A stretch of 43,512 nucleotides of DNA from Nitrospirota bacterium (GTDB lineage Bacteria > Nitrospirota > Nitrospiria > Nitrospirales > Nitrospiraceae): positions 1 to 43,512 of the forward strand of contig CAVPGK010000003.1 in assembly GCA_963703955.1 (NCBI GenBank), given 5' to 3'. The notes beneath the pieces are model-generated. The model saw only the letters and a program-made list of their open reading frames with translations, was not told where the DNA came from and did no database searches. Position 1 is the first letter of the stretch; each line of letters opens with the position of its first letter. Position numbers and translations under genes: made by a program. This document shows, piece by piece, positions 37,301 through 43,512 of this stretch.

Positions 37301-37810
37301 TCAGTCGAACCATAAACATAGCGCCGTTTGGGCCATTGCCGCAAGACTGTACAGAAATATCGGTTTGCCAAAGTTAGAGCCTGCGGCGTTCGGCGTTTTG
37401 GCGACGAAATAGTGCCGCTTCAAGAGGAGACGAATGGTGAAAGAATGGCCGAGGACGGTCGTTGTGCCCGTTCGTTCACCATTCTCACCGATGGTGGCTT
37501 TGATGGATAGTAGTGGGCGATCACGATCGGATCGGTCGCCCCAATAGAGCGCCGTGTGCGCGTTGAAAATTTGAAATCCACTCATGATCAAGATCGGCAG
37601 GCACAGTGCGTTGATCCAATGAGCCACCCGAACGGGAAGTCTGTGACGATACGTCGGAAACGCGGGCGTGAGGCCAATGTCAGGCACTAAGCGATCCGGT
37701 GCCGGTTGGTCGGAGTGGAGAACGGTTTGTCCCTGTGGCCCGGCGTGGTGAACGGGATCACCCGCCCCATCTTCAGCTGCACCCGCCGACATGTCGGTTT
37801 CAGCTTTCAT
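37301..37810 (-). pseudogene. 3'-truncated cytochrome b/b6-domain (YdhU-like) membrane protein
   Basis: YRHRLPVRVAHWINALCLPILIMSGFQIFNAHTALYWG is the first heme helix. Recognisable similarity ends near 37435 and the later TM helices and His ligands are absent. Confidence 0.7.
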
Positions 37811-38125
37811 CAACACCCTCTCAACGGCTCAGTCTTGGGGACGCTCATTTCGTCACAGGGAACCGGCCGGCGCCGGAAGAGCCATCCGAGGACGGACGGG
37901 CGCTCTTATCCGGACGCATTGAAATCGCAAAGATTTTCGGATACTCACGACGGGCTCGATAAAGGCCCAAATTTTTATGTAGACATTCTGTTCTGACCGG
38001 CACTATGTTATGCACAGGCGCTGATTCGCCACCCCCTTTTCCTGATTGAGCCGCGACCACGAATAACGGCCTCAACCTGACCCTCTCAAGGCCAGTCCAA
38101 TCGTACGCGGCGGGAAGGACGCTAT

Positions 38126-39169
38126 ATGAAAAACCGGGTCCCTGATCCCGTGAAGATGATACAACTCCTGCCGGTGGACAACGAGCTTTCCAAGCGACCC
38201 TTGATGCCGCGGCCGGATTTCTCTGCCTTCATCAAAAGACTCATCCAGGCGTTTCGCCAGGCGGCAGCACGGATGATGAAGACCATACATCAACTGACGG
38301 AGTCGATCCAACAGAGAAATCGGGACCTTGATCAGCTCACCACACCGATGATCGAGGAAGATCAAGGACAACTTCATCCTGGACCGGCCCAAGAGTCTGC
38401 AAGGTCGCCCCTTCAGCGGACTGACACCGACTCCATGCTCGCACCCGTGTGGGCGGATCGCCCTCAGGATATTGTCGTGAAAGATCTTGTCGTCCTCCAG
38501 CCCCAGCCGTCGCTTCCAATCACCACCGATCCGGCTAATCTCATCGCCGATCACATCGATGAGAATGTGACGACCGCGCAGCTAGTCGATGTGCGACGGC
38601 GTTTCGAAACGGTGAAAGCGGCGATTGTCGCGCAATGGCTTCGCGAGAAGGAGCAGATTGCCTCGATCATGACACCGATGCTGGCCAAAGTTCCTCCACG
38701 CTTGGAGCGCACGCAGCAGTCGTTACGGGCTGTGCGCACTGAGTTTCCGGAAAGGTGGAGGGCGGTCACGCGTTTCGTTCGGCAGCGCGCCGGTCAGACG
38801 TTCACTCGCCTCCAGGCTCTTTCGGATCAGAGACAAGAGAGAGGCGAGGCACAGTCGACTGCAGCTCGCGACTTGGCTCAAGACTTGACCCACGAGCTTG
38901 AGGTCACGAAGGCCACGCTGTTGGCTCAACAACAAGCCTTAGAGAACGTTGCGGTCCAATTGACCGCCGTTCAGAAGGAGTTGGCGCGCCATAAGAATCT
39001 ACTGGCAGGTCTCATGTCGCAGGTCGAAGCACTCGACCTGAAGATCGTCGGCGCCGCGCAAACGCCGACGCCTCGAAAATCCAAAGTCACCACCGAAGCC
39101 GGTCAACCGAAACAAGCGTCTGCGAAAAAAGATCTCACTGTCGAGCGTTCGCGAGAACAACGAGTGTGA
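38126..39169 (+). CDS. Coiled-coil hypothetical protein
   Basis: Long ORF with Q/E/L/A heptad-rich C-terminal half. Start uncertain. Confidence 0.65.
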   Translation: MKNRVPDPVKMIQLLPVDNELSKRPLMPRPDFSAFIKRLIQAFRQAAARMMKTIHQLTESIQQRNRDLDQLTTPMIEEDQGQLHPGPAQESARSPLQRTDTDSMLAPVWADRPQDIVVKDLVVLQPQPSLPITTDPANLIADHIDENVTTAQLVDVRRRFETVKAAIVAQWLREKEQIASIMTPMLAKVPPRLERTQQSLRAVRTEFPERWRAVTRFVRQRAGQTFTRLQALSDQRQERGEAQSTAARDLAQDLTHELEVTKATLLAQQQALENVAVQLTAVQKELARHKNLLAGLMSQVEALDLKIVGAAQTPTPRKSKVTTEAGQPKQASAKKDLTVERSREQRV

Positions 39170-39490
39170 TGCGTCCTCCGTGTGAGCGTGAACTACATTC
39201 TCTCCCATCGACCCCACTCTGGCGTGTGCCATACTGTCCTGCATGAGGACAAGATATCCTGAATAGCTGAACCCGGTCTCAGTCCTGCCTTCACCTTCGC
39301 TCCTATTCTGCTGATCTTAGGAAGGAACGGGTTTTCTTCATAGTCAGCCCACAAAGGCTAACTATTTGCACATGGTCGTTAGAATAGGTCTATGTCCCAT
39401 CACGTAGGAGGATTTCGGATGTTGGAAGCGTTTTCTTTCACAGTAATATGAATATGAACAGAAGTCCTATCACTGTAAATGGAGGTTTGT

Positions 39491-39802
39491 ATGAACAAGC
39501 ATCTGCTATTGGGAAGTGCCGTCGTATTCAGTCTTGGGCTCGTTACGGTCGGCTGCTCGGACTCCGCCATGTCCAAGCGAGATGCAAGTCCCACCATGAG
39601 CGAACGTGTATCTAAGGAGGCTGTGAAAGGCCAACTGGTGAGAACCGACGGGGTCTACCTCTTGGTTAGGGAAGATGGCGGGAAAGAAGTGCGCGTCCAT
39701 GTCGATGACCGAACTAAGATGGATAAGGTGATACCCGGGGATCAAGTCAAAGCTTACATTAACGAGGACGGCCACGCGACCACCGTTCAGCGTAAAGACT
39801 AA
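39491..39802 (+). CDS. Small lipoprotein with an OB-like (DUF5666-like) domain
   Basis: GGAGG RBS; TVGC lipobox; GKEVRVHVDDRTKMDKVIPGDQVKA. Confidence 0.8.
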   Translation: MNKHLLLGSAVVFSLGLVTVGCSDSAMSKRDASPTMSERVSKEAVKGQLVRTDGVYLLVREDGGKEVRVHVDDRTKMDKVIPGDQVKAYINEDGHATTVQRKD

Positions 39803-39822
39803 TAGATACTCTGGCAGGTGAG

Positions 39823-39854
39823 GCGGGGTGACATTCCTTTGAGTCTCACCCCGC
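39823..39854. terminator. Hairpin between convergent genes (possible terminator)
   Basis: GCGGGGTGA...TCACCCCGC perfect 9-bp stem; no clear U-tract. Confidence 0.45.
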
Positions 39855-39926
39855 AGCGCTTGGGGTAGCGACCTGTCATCAACGTTGAATTAGTCTGCCC
39901 TTTGCAGCCCCCCAGCGTGAGAGTTC

Positions 39927-40643
39927 TCAGGGCTTCTGCGAATTGGCGGCTTCGTGGCGTGATCGAATAATGGGGGCGCGCGCTTCGAGCGCAGCGGCCT
40001 CCGCGTCTCGGTGGGTCCGCCGGAGCAAGGCTGCATAATCCCGCAGGGTCTTCGCGAGATCAGGATGATCCGGGGGCAACGACTTCTCTCGGATCGCCAA
40101 TGCGCGCGCGTAGAGAGGTTCGGCCTGCCTGTACTGCCCTTGCGTATAATAAAGCATACCCAGGTTGCTGAGGCTCAAGGCCACTTCCAAATGCTCCGGC
40201 CCGAAGACCTTTTCCTTGATGGCAAGCGACCGTTTCAAGAGGGGTTCGGCTTCAGCGTGCTGACCGTGCATCCGGTGAAGCACGCCTAGGTTATTGAGCG
40301 TGGCGGCGACATTCGGATGTTCGTCACCATGGGCGTATTGATAGATGGCGAGCGCGCGAAGGAACAGCGGTTCGGCGCCGACATAGTTGCCCTGGGTCGA
40401 ATACACCTGCGCGAGTTGATTGAGTGATAGCGCGATGCGAGGGTCGGCGGCTCCAAACTGCTCGGCTTTCAGAACAGCCGCCGAGTAGAAACGAACCGCT
40501 TCGTCATAGCGTCCCTGCGCGTAGGCCTGCTGTCCGGCTCCCATATCCGTCTCCCATGTGGAGCGAGGGCACCCTTGAAGAACCATCATGCTCACGCCCC
40601 ACACTAGACAGTAAAAGGCGAGCGGAGCGTCTAGAACCCTCAT
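39927..40643 (-). CDS. Tetratricopeptide repeat protein (kinesin-light-chain-type TPR), possible lipoprotein
   Basis: Repeats SLNQLAQVY..QG.Y..AEPLF.RALAI; LQGC lipobox-like. Confidence 0.88.
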   Translation of the reverse strand: MRVLDAPLAFYCLVWGVSMMVLQGCPRSTWETDMGAGQQAYAQGRYDEAVRFYSAAVLKAEQFGAADPRIALSLNQLAQVYSTQGNYVGAEPLFLRALAIYQYAHGDEHPNVAATLNNLGVLHRMHGQHAEAEPLLKRSLAIKEKVFGPEHLEVALSLSNLGMLYYTQGQYRQAEPLYARALAIREKSLPPDHPDLAKTLRDYAALLRRTHRDAEAAALEARAPIIRSRHEAANSQKP

Positions 40644-41491
40644 GAGTCAAACCGGTCCGCGCGGCCTTGCGTTCCCGTGAACGTCTGCAGAAAACGACGG
40701 AGAATCGCCTGCTCCAGCCGAGACGTGCGGTGGGCCGGGGCAGGGATGCGCAGGAGAAGGTTGATGCGTCCCGGCTCCGGCAGTTGGATCGACACGCGGG
40801 GCTGGACCGACGGCGCGTCCAGCCACGCTTTCCCCTCCAGTTGCTTCATATGCTGCCGAGCCTCCTGCATGAAGGGTGCGCATTCGTTGGTCGCGATGTC
40901 CAAGAGAAGCTTTTCGGCCTGTTGCCAGTCATCCTGACTTGTCAGCGGAATCGTCACGATGTGGACGACATACTCTTTCATGAACGTCTCATTGATCACG
41001 GGATGGCTAAGTAGAAGGCTGTTCGGAAAGATTACCGCGCGGCCGGTGTACTGGGACGATGTGCGCCCAGGCCCGATCTCCAACACCGTGGTCGCCAGCA
41101 AGTTTTGATCGATGACGTTGCCTCGGGTCCCCACGATTTCGATGCGGTCGCCAAGGGTGTAGGCGTTAGTGCCTGCGCGCAGCACCGTGCCGCTCAGACA
41201 GAGGATCAGTTCCTTCGTGGCCAGGACCAGCGCAACCGCGATGGCGACCAGAGAGACGGCAAAGGTGCTGAGTTCATGGAACCAGATAAAGACCAATCCG
41301 ATCATGAAGATCAGCGCCAGACCGTTCCGAGTGGTCAACACCCAGCGACGCCGGGTCTCTATGGAGAGCGCCTCGCTCCGCAGGATGGCGCGCGCCAAGA
41401 CGAGTCGCGCGACCAGGACGATGGCGAGGAGGATAAGTGACTTAAGGATGTCGGGGATCAAGGCGCTATCGGAATACGGCCACCAATTCAT
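40640..41491 (-). CDS. MscS-family small-conductance mechanosensitive channel
   Basis: TM helices then YTLGDRIEI...GNVIDQNLLATT...IFPNSLLLSHPVINET. Confidence 0.9.
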   Translation of the reverse strand: MNWWPYSDSALIPDILKSLILLAIVLVARLVLARAILRSEALSIETRRRWVLTTRNGLALIFMIGLVFIWFHELSTFAVSLVAIAVALVLATKELILCLSGTVLRAGTNAYTLGDRIEIVGTRGNVIDQNLLATTVLEIGPGRTSSQYTGRAVIFPNSLLLSHPVINETFMKEYVVHIVTIPLTSQDDWQQAEKLLLDIATNECAPFMQEARQHMKQLEGKAWLDAPSVQPRVSIQLPEPGRINLLLRIPAPAHRTSRLEQAILRRFLQTFTGTQGRADRFDS

Positions 41492-41544
41492 CGTGAAAGG
41501 TCTCCTCTTTGTCGGTCCTGATGCGAATGCTAGAATGGCACTCC

Positions 41545-41859
41545 ATGATTCCGCCGGATGGCACGGTTCGGCAACGCCTCATGCATCTATTGACAGGGTC
41601 TCTCCGCTCGTCGCGCGAACTCGCGGACCTATTGGCGATTCCGGAGCGGCAGGTTGAAGACCACCTGGCTCACGTAGTCAGATCGATCGCGCGCGACCCA
41701 ACCCGGCAGTTCATTCTCAACCCCTCGACCTGTTACGGCTGCGGTTTTCTCTTTCGTGAACGAACGCGCCTCACCCGACCCAGCCGGTGTCCACGATGTC
41801 GTGGGGAAGACATTTCAGCGCCACGGTATGGAATTGAGATCGAGCAGCGCCCACCATGA
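41545..41859 (+). CDS. HTH plus zinc-ribbon putative transcriptional regulator
   Basis: SSRELADLLAIPERQVEDHLAH HTH; CYGCGF...PSRCPRC. Confidence 0.82.
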   Translation: MIPPDGTVRQRLMHLLTGSLRSSRELADLLAIPERQVEDHLAHVVRSIARDPTRQFILNPSTCYGCGFLFRERTRLTRPSRCPRCRGEDISAPRYGIEIEQRPP

Positions 41860-41871
41860 CGAGGCCCGCGG

Positions 41872-42348
41872 CTACAGGAAGGTCCAGTGTGAAAATGTAG
41901 CCGCCTGGCCATGGAGCTGCTGATCCTGACCCACCACGTTCCAGACAAAGGCGCGTTCGACCAGAAAGCGTCGACCCTTCGCGGAAACTCGCACACCCCG
42001 ATAGTCGTCGATGAATCCCTGCGTGCTCGCCCGTGCAAGCATGCGCTCGCGCTCGGCCTGGTTCGCCGGCTCGGCGGTGAGCCGGGACGGTGTCGAGCTG
42101 AACTGCTCCCAACTGGTTTCCCACAGTTCCAAGGCCACACGGTTTCCATAGTTGAGAATCGGGTCTTGCTCGGTGCCGTGAGACACCACCGCGAAGGGCG
42201 CGCCAAATAAGGCCTGCGCTTGGTCTTCGCCAGACCCCACTCGTTCCATCAGATCCCGACCTGCCCACCGCCGAAAGCTGTCCAGGAGGACCTGACACCA
42301 GTTGACCATCGCCGGCTCGATCCACCACGCCTTTCGGCTCATCATCAC
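41872..42348 (-). CDS. MEKHLA domain protein
   Basis: APFAVVSHG..DPILNYGN..ALELWE, PSRLTAE, DYRGVRVSAKGRRF, GQAATF. Confidence 0.92.
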   Translation of the reverse strand: MMMSRKAWWIEPAMVNWCQVLLDSFRRWAGRDLMERVGSGEDQAQALFGAPFAVVSHGTEQDPILNYGNRVALELWETSWEQFSSTPSRLTAEPANQAERERMLARASTQGFIDDYRGVRVSAKGRRFLVERAFVWNVVGQDQQLHGQAATFSHWTFL

Positions 42349-42801
42349 CGATCTACTCGTGTACAGGCCGTGATCATCAATGCATGTGCGTCACGACTGC
42401 GAGGGTCCCCCGAACGAGCAATCTTACTCAATTTTCGCCTCCAGAGGAATCTGCGGATCGACCATGGGGAAGAAGTCTTGACCCGCCATCGTCATAGTGG
42501 GGGAACGGGATCGAACTGGGTGATCACTCTGGCCGTGATCTCTCCCAATGCGGACGTCCTCGGATCGACGAGGGCAATGCGCATGGTTCGATTCGGGAGC
42601 ACATCGCGAAAGGAGACCGATGTGGCGGCGGAAGCTGTTGACATGACGAGCACAAGAGAGGTCTGCGCTAAACATCAGTCCTATCGCTGAGTCATGATTG
42701 GCGACTTATGGCCCAAGATCCGCTGGACCTTATAAAAGATCCACTCCCGCTTGTACCATTTGGGTGGCGCAGGTATGGCGCTCATTTTCAGTTGGCCTTC
42801 C

Positions 42802-43398
42802 CTATTTGGGGAGTGGAATCGTTATAAGAATCCCACCCATCACGTCTCCCGCCTTGAAATCCCTCTTTGGGCTTTTGGGGTGCACATTGTGACAATCGGC
42901 GCACCTCTGAGACAGGGCTTTATCGGGATAGAGTGCTTGGAAGACGCGAGCCCTGCCCTCGGTTGTAACGCCTGCATAGGGACGATCGGTATTCACGAGG
43001 ATTTTCGTAAGCGCGGTCCGCTGGAACTCTGTCGTTGGGCTATTCCTTTTATTTATCGCCCAACTGCTGATCAGCCGGAATCGAATTCCACTTGGTTGTT
43101 CAGCCACGAGCCTCCCCGTTTCGAGTAAAAATTGGGCGGGTAAAGGGAGATCTCCGGTCTCTTTCCAATTTTCCGAGGCAGAGACAACGCCTCGCGTCTG
43201 CAATCGCTCCACAACCTCGGTCGTGTAAAAAGTTCGCTCCGCCTCGACCACATCATGCACATAATCGGCGACAATTTCGGGGGATATGCCCTTGGGCGGA
43301 TCTGTCTCCTTGCTTGCGGCGGAGAACACCCACTGACCGAGTAGGCAAGTGGAGATGGTTCCAACAGCGAGTCCCAACCAGAAGCCTCTTATGTTCAT
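42802..43398 (-). CDS. DUF3365 (Tll0287-like) c-type heme protein
   Basis: GGAGG RBS; N-terminal TM; LPLPAQF; CADCH; FKAGDVMGGI. Confidence 0.87.
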   Translation of the reverse strand: MNIRGFWLGLAVGTISTCLLGQWVFSAASKETDPPKGISPEIVADYVHDVVEAERTFYTTEVVERLQTRGVVSASENWKETGDLPLPAQFLLETGRLVAEQPSGIRFRLISSWAINKRNSPTTEFQRTALTKILVNTDRPYAGVTTEGRARVFQALYPDKALSQRCADCHNVHPKSPKRDFKAGDVMGGILITIPLPK

Positions 43399-43512
43399 GA
43401 TGCGTCCTCCATTTCTTTTTCTTGGCTCCGATAGCCGCGCTCTCAAACCAATAATGCCGAAGAGTTCTTGAACTATTGTTTTTGAACCGCAGGAAGGATC
43501 GTGCATTTCCTA

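Noticed and set aside
37997..38014. Sigma54-like CGGCACTATGTTATGCA
   Set aside because: GG-to-GC spacing is 11, not the required 10.
39355..39370. Sigma54-like AGGCTAACTATTTGCA upstream of the lipoprotein
   Set aside because: Spacing is correct but the -24 box is a poor match; too weak to call.
42349..42800. Possible small gene or pseudogene between MEKHLA and DUF3365
   Set aside because: Several short ORFs in different frames, none with a recognisable motif or convincing RBS.

Overview
A 43.5 kb GC-rich chromosomal window. Gene content suggests a Nitrospira-like bacterium (Nitrospirota); this is inferred, not proven. Housekeeping and envelope genes: Trm112-like, DUF502-GNAT, two SmpA/BamE-like lipoproteins, DmpA peptidase, FIST, FKBP, gcvT, Nudix, PilZ, pxpB-pxpA-pxpC, glnS, mug, msrA, a NarL-type two-component pair, MscS, MEKHLA and DUF3365. 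It also holds a complete UBact-proteasome operon (arc, dop, ubact, prcB, prcA, pafA). Main observations: (1) a short hairpin plus G-run repeat with covarying stems, found intergenically nested in a second MITE-like element and also inserted in frame within pxpB (three copies, one nested in another) and the proteasome ATPase gene, reminiscent of Rickettsia palindromic elements; (2) a secreted S8 protease followed by a separately encoded, secreted copy of its own prodomain, a candidate protease-inhibitor or chaperone pair; (3) an ARC ATPase ending in GQII rather than GQYL; (4) a 58-aa membrane protein missing from the ORF track, downstream of a sigma54 promoter and IHF site; (5) a 7-bladed Cys-paired lectin-like propeller beside a truncated cytochrome b gene. 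No rRNA, tRNA, CRISPR array or transposase was recognised. Family assignments come from motif recognition, not database searches.
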